Assembly (NCBI RefSeq): GCF_006345805.1
Contig: NC_043001.1
Location: 58,900,001 to 58,964,000, forward strand
From: Octopus sinensis
Lineage: Eukaryota
DNA: 64,000 bases
Reading direction: 5' to 3'
Every line of letters starts with the position of its first letter. Position 1 is the first letter of the stretch. Of the stretch, positions 52,529 through 64,000 are shown piece after piece. The notes beneath the pieces were generated by a model. It was given only the letters and a program-made list of their open reading frames with translations, made no database searches and was not told where the DNA came from. The position numbers and the translations under genes are program-made.

Positions 52529-54082
52529 CTTAAATGTATATAGAACTGTATCTTTATGTGTGCATGTATATTTACGTGTATATTTTTGTGTTTGTGTACT
52601 TACCTTTGTATGTTTCTGGCTGTCAATAACTCGCATTTATATCTTTTTGCTTTTATTTATTTGTATTTCACTTTATTATTTAATCTATAATTAAAATTGA
52701 GTATAAACACAGAATAAGAAATACAACTAAACAACTAAAAGATTAAGAACATAAAACTGAAACAATATGTGTAAAACGTATATTGATATTTTTTTATATT
52801 TCTTTTAAACATTTATCTTAATTTCTTTTTCTATGACTGTGTCCCCAGTAAGTACTTCATCATTATTATCCGCAATGCCGCTCCTTCTAAGAATGCGATT
52901 TCTTCTGCATCTCTCATAAAAATCTCCCTCACTAATTACACGTCAATCAATCTTCTCTTCCAAGCCCTGTCCCAATGCTGCATCCTGAAAATCTTGACTC
53001 CCATCACTTAATTAACATTCCCCATCATTTTAACCCAAAGCATACATTCCGCCCTTTTCTGCCTTCACCATAAACCAAGTAATTATTGCTTAATGCGTGG
53101 TCAAAATGGCTCCACATGTATTGAGGGAAAAATGAGGTAAATGAGATTTTGAGACGCTCATGACATACTGAATATTATATAGTTGTTGTTTATCTTCAAC
53201 CAAGGGCAATATTGATGAAGCAGGTCTATGATCAAACTTGATCCTAGCATGAACATCTCATTTGATTTCAGGCATATTGCATCAAGGGCTCCATTATCCA
53301 GCATCTATTTTTCCCTTAAAATGACATTGATTGTTTAGACGAAAGCTTATATTCTCCATTGAATATCATTTGAGGTAAGATTGTTTTACTGAACACAATA
53401 TATTGTAATGAACTTGGTTTGGGTGCGATAGAAATACGTCATCCCCAAAGACATTCACCACAAATTATAATGATTATGCTTGATTTAAGTTCCTGCTGTA
53501 GAAATGAATTGCTAAATGGATTATCTGTGAATGTTTGGATGTTTAGAAAACCTAGAGCCTGAACATTTCAAAATTCTTGAATGGGAATGTGAAGAGCGTA
53601 GCGGTCATAGGTCACTGTACAAATTATATTTAAGTAAAGAGTCTATCGCTTGATCTGTCTTAATACAACATTAACAAAATGATAGTTCCTTAAATGTAGC
53701 TAATACTAGAACATTATATTGTTTTGGGAAGATGAACATACGGAATATACAGGATTAATCCTCGGAACCATTATATGACGGTGACCACAGAGAAAGAAAT
53801 GAACCGTTTACTAAAGAGCATAAACGCTAGCACGAAAAGATTTATGTCAAGTAACCATTTCATTTTCATCACATAAAATGCAGTTTTCACTTGGTGGTAA
53901 AAGAAAAGTGTTTCATGTTATACGATAAATATAAGAGAGATTACTCTGTATTTATCAAATAAGCATTCATGCTATCTCTGTATTTGAATAGTTCCCGAAA
54001 ATTTTTGCTTGAAATATTCAGTGATCTAGAAACAGTGAGAAGTTACGCACATCTCTATATATGCATTTGTGTATGTGTGTTC

Positions 54083-54119
<37 letters not shown>

Positions 54120-54404
54120 CATATGTGTGTATATGTGTGTATGTGCGTGTGTGCGTGCGTGTGCGTGTGTGTGTGTCAGAGTGAATGAGAGAAAAGGACC
54201 AGCACTCAACAGATTTCGTTGAAATTACACGTATTTTAGAATTTCCAGAGTGTGGGCCACATTCACCTTATAACCAAAAACATAACGAGCTGGCCATCAT
54301 CGACACCAGCGAAATAATTTATAATACGGTGTGGAATAAAACTATCTTTTAATACATGCATGAAGAAATACATACGTGCACAAAAACATAAGTCGTTCTG
54401 TGTG

Positions 54405-54575
54405 AGTGTATATCTTTTATCGTTTACTTGTTTCAGGCATTCGACTGCGGCTATGCTCGGGCCCAACTTTCAATGACCACTAATCCTTACTTTTAAGCAT
54501 TGTACTTACACTATCGGTCATTTTGCAGAACCGTTGAGAGAGCGGAAATAAAATAAAACCGGCTGTCGAGACACT
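54405..54575 (-). mobile_element. SINE 3' part (minus strand)
   Basis: TTTACTTGTTTCAG.CATT.GACTGCGG.TATGCT is the reverse complement of the tail at 47920-47970. Confidence 0.65.
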
Positions 54576-55396
54576 AGCTCACACACACATGTCTCTCTCT
54601 CTTTGTGTGTCTGTCTCTATACACAAATGAATAGAAAGTTCTGAGGGTATGGAAGACGCTTGTCCAATGTGTGCTGCGCAATAGTACTAAACCCAAGACC
54701 ATATATTTTGTTTTTAAGCACGCACGGCGCGCGCACACACGCACACACGCATAAGCACACACGCACACACACACACACACACTTTATATATGTGTATACA
54801 TGCGCCGAAAAGCCAAATATTGACAACTACACTCATTGTCATTAAAATCTTTCTACCATCCATCTATTTCGCTTTTCCCCGATCAAACGTCTTACATTCT
54901 GGTGCTTAAAAAAATCGGTTCATCTATGTAACATAAATAAATGTATGATTATTCTGTATTTAAATATACATATACAGATAAATATATCACCTCTATTTGA
55001 TAGTTCACGTAAATATTTATAGAAATAGTAATAATCTATACCTGAGGAACTATGTGTGTGTGTGTGTGTGTAAATGTTTGTATATGTGTGAATATCCGTG
55101 TATAAATGTGCATATGTATGAGTTAACTCACGAACGAAGTGACATACACATATTTCATTTAGTTACACATATTTTAATACTGGTTTTTCTCAAGTGCCCA
55201 TCAGTAAGAATTTAACGGTCGTATTACATATTCATCTCATATCCAGATATCTTATGGACTGAATGTATTTTTCTTCGAACGTGAAACATTCATGAATGTA
55301 TGGAACTGAATTAAACTATTATAAAATGTATACATTGAGAAATACATTGACATGTATGTGTATGTGTTCGGAATACATACACACACACACACACAC

Positions 55397-55454
<58 letters not shown>

Positions 55455-55546
55455 ATATATATATCTATATATATATATATATATATAATATATATATATA
55501 TATATTATTATATATATATATATATCTATATATATATATATATATA

Positions 55547-55591
<45 letters not shown>

Positions 55592-55689
55592 TAAAGGTGG
55601 GTTATTCGCAATTTTTCAACCGAAAGGCAGAACGATTGTCTAAGGGCACTAATTAGAACCAGCATCGCAAGAAGTATTAATTCTCGTCA

Positions 55690-58160
55690 GGTAGCTTAAC
55701 CCTAGACAGCCGAGTAAGAGCTATTTATGGGCATTAGTAATAATGTGAAATTACTGATGATGTACGGATGTTGTAGGGATTCCACTCTTAGCTTCCAATA
55801 TTCGCAGTAGTGACTTGAGGGCCAATACATATTTGCAGAATGTTGGACCAAAACCGGCCGTCGTGAGGACCGCCCGAGGACCGCCGCCAGATACCGATGG
55901 TTTACCCTATCAAAGGCTTTGGATTGGTCTAATTGGGCCAACACTCCACCCTTGCAAGAAATTTTATTAACCCTGTCTAAGACATGGTGTATAAGGGGGA
56001 GGCTGCGGTGTGTAGACCTGCCGGGGATGGTGCATTTTGCACCTCCCCAATGAGTCCACCCACGAGTTCGCCAACCTTTTTGCTACTACCTTTGCCAGAA
56101 TCTTCAACACTGCGTTAAACATAGTGATGGTCCTAAAGTTGTCAGTTACGTCCTCCTTTGTTGAGTCCTTTCTGAGCACCCACTGGCTCACAGATGTAGG
56201 AGTATTCTCATTCTACTGGTAGTTGCGGAAAACGCAAGCCAGTAGGATATCAAACAAGTCTGGCTTAGTATAATAAAATTCATAGAGGAAACCATCGTGA
56301 CCCGGTGATTTGTCCTCGCCACAATCCAACAATGCCTCCTCCACCGCTGCGGCCAGGATCGGCCCTTCACAGCATTCTGGCGAGGAAGTCTTCAATAAAG
56401 TCCACGAGGTCCTCCCTATGCTCCGGCCCATCGCCCCCAACCCCCAACAGCTTAGTTAAATCTTGTTGCGTGTAATAGACTCACTTTTAATGCCTCTTTC
56501 TTTGGCATACCACTATTTGTTCTTAATCAAGGAACCGGTTAATGCCCTAATAACGAACTGCCTAATCCGATTCCTGTAGGCTTCACAAGCCAGAAGCGAC
56601 CAGTTTAGCTTACAGTAGCTGGGTCCCTGTGTATTCAAGCTAAGTCCAGCTTACAGGTCACAAGTTTCTGATTACTATAGCTGACATTGTAAAGCTGTGG
56701 ACACTTAGCTATATTTTTATCCTTAACTCTAATTATTACCTTATCTAGATAAGATCTTGGAGGCACATTGTTATTCGACCACGTCCAATGTGGGGCATCC
56801 GGGCTATCTAGTCTGTATGGATCTAACAGTTGAAAATGATTGAGTAGTTCGTTGAGGCAAGAGTTTCCCTTCTTATTAGGTTTGCAGCCTATGTAATCTA
56901 CGTGTGCATCGCAGACTACGCTGAAGTTTTATAACAACACTAAAGTGTGTGCCGTACCAAGAAAATTTTCTAGGCTTCTGAAAAAGTCAAATTGTCCAGT
57001 CCTACATGGAGCATACACAGCCACCAGCCTGAAGACGTTTCCACTGCTGTACGTCACTTCAAGGACGTCCAACCTGCCATTCAGGTGAACAAAGATTGTT
57101 CTTGTTTCTAGATTGAGCGCCTTCCTTAGCAGGACTGTGATTTACCCACCTCCAAGTTGACATGGAGAAATAACTTTCTCGTAGTCGTTTAGGAGAGGTG
57201 AAAAGGCATGCAAGCCACTCATTCTGGTCTCTGTAAGGGCTATTACATCTAACCGATGCGATCTGAGGTCGTTAAGGAAATGTCCTTGTTTCCAATTCGA
57301 CACCAGGCCGTGAACATTTATACATCCTAAGTTAAGCGAGTACATAAACTGTACTTATGTTTTTAATTAAGGTGGGGTGGGATCCCATCTCGTCTGGCTC
57401 AGCCGTGGTTGGTGGATTGCTTTTCACCAGCTCCTGATATAATATTTCTAAAATGTTTCTCACCCAAGTACCATCGTCTCTTGGGCAAGATTTCTTAAGA
57501 TGTTTATAGTTTTCTTAGTTAATTAAGAATAATTTTATTTTTGGCAGAATGTCCGGTTTGAATCGATGTTTATGTGGCTCTGTTGATTTTGTTTTGTAAT
57601 GTCTTTTTTTAAAGTCTTACTTTTCTTATTTATTGTTGTTATACCCATGTGGGGTGGGGTTGAGTTTGAATATCCCATCTGGGTGTTTGTGTGTTTGTGT
57701 GGAATTTTGGATGTCTTGAGTGAGTGTTAGTGCTTCTGTGGGGCCGGCGTCTGGGCCTTTTCTTCTCTTTCTTCGAACCACTTCCCATTCACACCTTCTC
57801 TACAAATTCTTTTGAAGCCAAGTCGATTTTGTTGGTCTTTATAATTACGGTTTTGTACATCAGTTTTTCTTGCTGCATTTTGAATCATTGCGCCCGGAGG
57901 GGTTATTTTAACTCCATTCCCTTCCTTTTTGAGCAACCTTTGCATCTTCCTGCTTCGAAGCAAACGTTCTCCTTCACCAAGCTGGTAGGACTAGCGAAGT
58001 TAATTGTTTTTTCCTGTTTGTTTCTATTGTTTGGTTTCCAATTTGATTTGACCTTGTCTGACTTTTTGTCTGGTTTCCTGATTGGTTCGACATTGTTACA
58101 GATTGCTTCAGTTTCATTTCAGTTTCCTTTTGGTTTAATTGCATTTCAATTTAATTAGCC
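55690..58160 (-). mobile_element. L1/Tx1-like LINE: ORF1 tail, AP endonuclease and RT N-half; 3' part absent
   Basis: CINVHGL..DVIALTET, DPYRLDSP...WTWS...SYLDKVI, DKSPGHDGF.YEFY, NFRTITMFN..LKILAKVVAKRL, LDQSKAFDRVNHRYL. Confidence 0.88.
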
Positions 58161-60426
58161 TTGTCTCCCCCCACATATCTGCTTCCTTTGGTGTTCCACA
58201 TTATCCTGGTTTGTCTATCAACTTTCTCGTCGGAGGAATTGTTCATTTTGAAATTAATCTAAATGATACAAATGTAGGTTTCCCCCTTCAATGTTGGAGG
58301 AGAACGTCAACTATCTGTGACAACGCAGAAAAAAGAAGTTCTATTTAACAACAACAGCAACAATTAATTTCAGTCAGAGTTCAACATCATTTTAACAATT
58401 GTAGTAAACAAAATACGTGAAACGTCCAAGGCGTGCAAATTACGAATTCCAGGATTATGCGGTTCAAGTTGATGTTTATACCCATAATCTCCACGAGCAC
58501 GTGCATTTCGCTATTCATGACAATTGTTTGCGACTTCCACTCACGGCATACAACGCAGCTGTGTTCTGGCATCTCGTTTCAGGGAAATTTGAAAAGTTAC
58601 CTTCAAATAGGGTCTCAGCCATAAACCAGCGTGTCTTGGAATATTTTCACGTACAACCCTGAAATAAATTTTCAGAATTTCCCATATAAAAATGACATTT
58701 GAAAAACGTCGCGTTTCTTTTTCGGCTCAGTGTACATACACACGCGTGCATACACATATGTGTGTGCATGTGTGCATGTGTGAATGTATGTAATTATATC
58801 TATGAAATATTCCTCAAAATAGATGTGGGTATAAAACACAGGGAATTACATCTACACAATTTTCAAATAACAGCCAACGATATTGAAAGTGATTGAACTG
58901 CTTACATGGATTATTCAATAAGATTTTAAGAGACGGAGTCATTTGATCAGGCATTTCCCATGTAGCTGATACTATTAAAGATTATGCATTGCTCTAAATG
59001 ATACAATCCACATAAGATTTTTAACAGTTATTTCAAACTAAGAGGTCAACTAGGTTGACTGGGAGTTTACTTCCTGAATCATACCACGAATTAATATTTA
59101 GAAAAAAACTGTTAAATTTCCATTCAAACCGCTACAAAAAATATGATACATTGAGAAATGTTTGCGTTTTTATTTCTTTATTTACACAACTTTTAAATAT
59201 TATCAATATTATTTTTCATGGGAAAATATTTCTAGATAAGTGTTGTGATTTAAGAATAGAAAATTTCTGAAAGGTCACGTCAAAAAGAAAAGTTGTGTAA
59301 TGTCATACATTTAGTTTATACGTAGCTATGAGTATTCTCAATATTTTACACTTCTTTCGCTTGACAAGATCACTTTAATTTACCATATATCACATTTAAG
59401 AGACATCTCATGACAATATTATTTTTCTTAATACCTGAAAAATACGACATTGATATTTTTAGAATGTTTTTGATAAAATTGATGTACAGATAAACAACAG
59501 CAATAACAAACTGACTAATCATCTAACTAATAACTGAATTTTTAGGCTTGCAAGCGTTATAAAAGCTTTCATTTGCCGTCAGTTCAATCTAAGTCGAAAC
59601 ATTCTTCACTGATAATTCCCTAATTCCCTTATGCACTCAACTTAAGAAAACCACTGGGATAATCTGAAGAGATACAGAAATCGACAACCATACAACTGAA
59701 AGGATGCAATATGCGGTATTATTGGATAATGTTTATTACATAGAATAAAAAATATTGAAGGCACAACAAAAAAACAGTTTTATTATAAGCGTAGAAAAGT
59801 ATTTATAATTTGGTTTCTAATTTTAGCACCAAAACAGCGATGCGGTAATAAAGAATAAGAGAGGTTGACCTCTTTCGAATTGGTACACAAAGCGTACAAG
59901 AGCCAGAAGGTATACCGTTAATAATTTTCAACGATTCGTTAAACGTTCTAACTATTTCCTGCCTCGAAATTGAAAGAATAATCATACACGAGACATCCGC
60001 TCTTAATCCCAAAATTAATGACAATTGAAGTTGAAAAATAGTTTCCTGTGATGAAGTGATTGTTATTTAATATAGAAAACGTAACACTGAAAAACATACA
60101 CCAGATTCCATACCGACAAATTTAATAAGGGCACTCTTCCATTTTTAATTAGGGTACGGTATGGATACAAGAAATTACAAAATGTGAAATACCTACAAGA
60201 AGGGTGGTTATGCTCAGCATATTTAGATAGAGAAAAATGAATGTTTTATACAGGCAAGTTACATAGACGGGAAGGTGTGGAGGTTTTGTGATGGTGTTGT
60301 TTCTCAACCATATATTTCCTGACTTTGTGTCAAGGGATGCTGTTTGGGCAAGTATCATCTATTCAAGCTGAGGGTCGATTAAAAACTTGTTAGAGGCATT
60401 AGGTTGTCGGAAACTGAAAGAAACCT

Positions 60427-60469
<43 letters not shown>

Positions 60470-60939
60470 AAGATTTAACGAACTGAGTAGATAAAATCCG
60501 GGCTACGCGTTTCATAGTTATTAATTAATTCTCTGTATGTTTACATTGTCCTAATGACAATGTAAAATTCATTTAATCAAGATTCCTTGGAATAAAGAGA
60601 ACCTGCAGTATACATATCGCTTGGATATTTACCACTTCCGAGATTTCATTCGCTAAGAAACATATGTAGCCCAGATTTTATGTACTTGATTCCTTAACTC
60701 TTGGATTTTTATTTGCATACCCGGTGAGTTTGGCTGCCTACCCTGAAAAATAAAATAATGCTTTTTAGTTTATAATAATAATATACAGAAAAAAATCCAC
60801 AACCGTCTTCCCCAATAAACCGCTATTGTTCCTAGAAGTTTCTTTCTATATATTTTCAACGGATTTCTAGATGCCTTTTTTCTCCCTACACCTCGATACT
60901 CCAATTTTACATCTATCTATCTACCTATCCACCAATCCA

Positions 60940-60982
<43 letters not shown>

Positions 60983-61753
60983 CTCTCTCCTCTCTCTCTC
61001 TCTATATATATAAATATATAGAGAGAAAGATACAAACATATATATATATATATATATATAAATTTGCTCATATACATCTATATATATACATACACATATG
61101 TGTGTGTGTATGTGTGTGTGTGTGTGTAACAAAAAATGGATCAGGAATATAACAGACAACAAAGCATCCGGATAATTAGAGATTACAAAAGAAGAACCGG
61201 AAAAATCAAGGAGTCTTCTATCGTCAGTCGACTTCCTGTTTATCCTCGCAGTTTCGGCCTGTTACACTCGAGACTGCTCCAATCTGGCTGGCCCCAAGAA
61301 AATTTAAGCTAAGAGCACAAGATTTTTGGAAGAAAGCAAGTGAATATATACGAGACGAAGGATGAGAAAAACGGGCTATGTTACACAATTGCAAATACAA
61401 AGTACAACAGATGTCTTTCGACTAAAGACGAATTAAATTAAGGTTGCGCGTGCGGAGTGAAGCCTTACAGGAAGAACATAAGAGATGAAAGTCATGGGGA
61501 GGAATATAAAAGATGCTACACGGACGGAAGTTGAACTAAGAAAGAAAGGTCAGGCTTGGCGGAACACAAGTGACATGGAAGGAAAGGAGAGAGGTAGGGG
61601 CAAAGGTATTGAAGAATTAGGGAGGCACGAGAAAGAGAAGAATGAAGGGAAGGCCAAGAAATGTGAAAGAGGGGGAACAAGAGAAAAAAAGAGGAAAGAA
61701 AGGAGAAAGTGTATATATATAAAAAATCTTGCACAACAAATATTTAAACGTAC

Positions 61754-61970
61754 TGAATTAAAACAGTTTCATTCAAATTCCTTGGTGTTTTAAGTTTCAG
61801 AGCGTAGTGCTAAAGCTACGCACGCATGCATTAATACAGATACACACACCACTATATACACATACGTGCGCGTATTCATGCGCACGCCATGTGCATGCAC
61901 GCAAACATAAACACTCTTATGCTTACAACGTGAGCACACCCACAAACATATGTGCGTGTGTGTATGTATG
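61754..61970 (+). repeat. Older direct repeat of about 215 bp (second copy at 63623-63837)
   Basis: The shared core TAAGTTTCAGAGCGTAGTGCTAAAGCTAC is identical; the flanks are diverged. Confidence 0.88.
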
Positions 61971-62439
61971 TACACAGACACGCTTAAATATATGCACACA
62001 CACTCTTACACATACGCGTATATATATATTCATATAATTAAAAAAATTATTACATCTATATGATAGAGGGAGAGAGAGGCACACATACATACACACACAT
62101 AAATATATATATGTGTGTGTGTGTGTATTTGTGTTTATGTATGGATGTATGAACGTTCCGATTTCGTGTTCACCATGCACTATTTTCTAATTCTTGTCGC
62201 TGAAATAGCAACAGCAAACTAGGACACCACGTAACTTTTTCGACCAATACCAGACCACCTTCCAGTAATTACAATTGACTTACGCCAACTGATCTCTCAA
62301 ACAATTTCCAATGGCTGACAATTAACATCACGCTTTGAAACTTAAATTATGAAGAACTTTGAGTGAAGCTTCATCAATACAATTGACTCCCTATAAGTGT
62401 CTTTAGAAATTCAAATCTAAAGTATGAACGAGAGCAACA

Positions 62440-62722
62440 AGCATCCACACGTTGATGGAATGACATCATCAGTCACAAAGTTAACTTTTCTGGAGGCAGA
62501 ATAGTGACAGAATTATATTACAAGCCCACGTCATCCCACATTTACCACTTCCACCAGGACGATCGTCCACATCATATAATTCAGTCAAATCCGATATCTC
62601 AATTTTCAGGATAAAATCCCTTATGTATTGACATAGAGGATTACTGTAATCATGCAAATGCTTTTGTACACTATTATGTCAAACGCGGTTACAGTAAATC
62701 ACGATTAAAGGAAATAGTAAAC
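62440..62722 (+). pseudogene. PLE RT thumb-domain relic (Neptune/Penelope type)
   Basis: TELYYKPTSSHIY...P.H...S.P.SQF...C...KRGY (T.+Y.KPT..H.Y...S.HP...SIP.SQF.R...RGY). Confidence 0.72.
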
Positions 62723-63276
62723 GTTATATATAACTAAAAATAAGGGTGTCTGAAATAGCAGTCAAATCCCTGACTCTAAGAACCACCTTAAATGTTCATA
62801 TCGCACCGTGAGATAAGATAGAGGGACAAAATAGACTAGCAAAAAGATATTACTGAATAATTCAAGATCCTGGATTTCTAGCTTTGCTTCAAATAAGCTC
62901 TGCCTTCATCAGTTGAATATATCAGATGGGCACAGAAATACAAATATATATATACAGAACAAGCGTTATACTTACATATACGAACGTCCATACATACATA
63001 TATATGCACGTATGTACAGGCCAGTTCAAATTGCCCGCCAAACACCTCATTAGCACGATATGGTCAAAATAAACACCGCAGTGAATTTAGTGACGAATTA
63101 TATAAATTTATAAATAAGGATAATATCGATATTTAAATATCGATATTATCAAGTGGCCAGCATGGGAAAAATACCATACCAAGGTAATAATTTTTTACAA
63201 CTAAAAATAAGGGTGTCTGAGAGACACCACCATGCCGAAATAGCAGTCAAATCCCTGACTCTAAGAGCCACCTTAA

Positions 63277-63597
63277 AGACCCCCTTTGGTCATGACTGAC
63301 CATGGTATTGCACCCAGAAAGACACTCTCCCAGGTACAAGTCCGAGCAAGGTTGTTTATGGAAGACCAGCAGTCGCCCATGCATACTAGCCTCCCTCTCC
63401 ACGCCACCAATATTATCCAAGGCCGGTACAGCTTGGCACCTGTGACGCCGCAACTCATTTCTACAGCTGAGTGAACTGGAGCAATGTGAAATAAGGGTCT
63501 TGCTCAAGAACAAAACACGCAGCCCGGTCCGGGATTCGAACTCACAACCTCACAATCGTAAGCTTGACGCTCTATCCACTGAGCCATGAGCCTTCAC
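63277..63597 (-). mobile_element. Near full-length tRNA-derived SINE
   Basis: Reverse complement: GGCTCATGGCTCAGTGGATAGAGC (A box), GAGTTCGAATCCC (B box), TTCTTGAGCAAGAC central motif. Confidence 0.85.
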
Positions 63598-64000
63598 ACA
63601 CACACACACATATATGTACATATGGATTAAAGCAGTTTCATTCAAAGTTCTTGGTACTTTAAGTTTCAGAGCGTAGTGCTAAAGCTACACACGTACGTGC
63701 ATAAATACAGATGAACACTATACATACATACGTGCAGGTATTTATGTGCAGATCATGTGCATGCATACAAGCATAAACACTAGTATGCATACACACGTGC
63801 GGATACCCACAAACATATGCGCGTGTGTGTATGTATGCAAAACAGCTTCAAGAGAGGTACGTCCTGTTCATTGTGCAACAATATGAGTCAAGTGAATTCC
63901 ATTAGGAATCATAACAGAAATGTTATGATTTATACAGGAGGTAGGAATGTAGTGATTCCCATGTGTACGCGGCAGAAAGCACGAAACACAACTTGATGTA

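Noticed and set aside
58380-58665. Possible Tc1/mariner 3' end with a TIR-like TTTCACGTACAACCCTG
   Set aside because: Only weak similarity, and no partner TIR found.
59660-59690. CTGAAGA-GAT..ATC-GAC and similar partial hammerhead matches (about 25470, 51850, 61260, 62905)
   Set aside because: Each lacks GAAA or stem III; such matches are expected by chance in AT-rich DNA.

Overview
This is AT-rich, microsatellite-dense animal DNA with no host protein-coding gene that I can support. The SINE families, simple-repeat style and Penelope-like content suggest a coleoid cephalopod (Octopus-like); that is inference from pattern recognition, not a search. The window is a transposon graveyard. It holds at least seven Penelope-like element (PLE) remnants: Naiad-type copies with YRDD RT and a C-terminal GIY-YIG, plus Neptune/Penelope-type copies. 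It also holds four R4/Dong-like RLE LINE pieces (three bounded by (TAA)n), a HERO-like LINE end, RTE LINEs, two L1/Tx1-like LINEs, mariner remnants and many tRNA-derived SINEs. All TE reading frames are broken by stops or frameshifts. The most notable structures are: (1) an apparently intact PLE-type hammerhead ribozyme with an 86-nt stem II at 9244-9354; (2) two long near-perfect hairpins anchored on (TA)n that share a motif; (3) Asn-rich or (AAT)n-expanded linkers inside two convergent Naiad-type ORFs; (4) an in-frame Dong-RLE/RTE chimeric ORF; (5) a fold-back mariner made of two 5' ends; (6) several microsatellite-bounded duplications. Most short ORFs in the supplied track are microsatellite translation artefacts.
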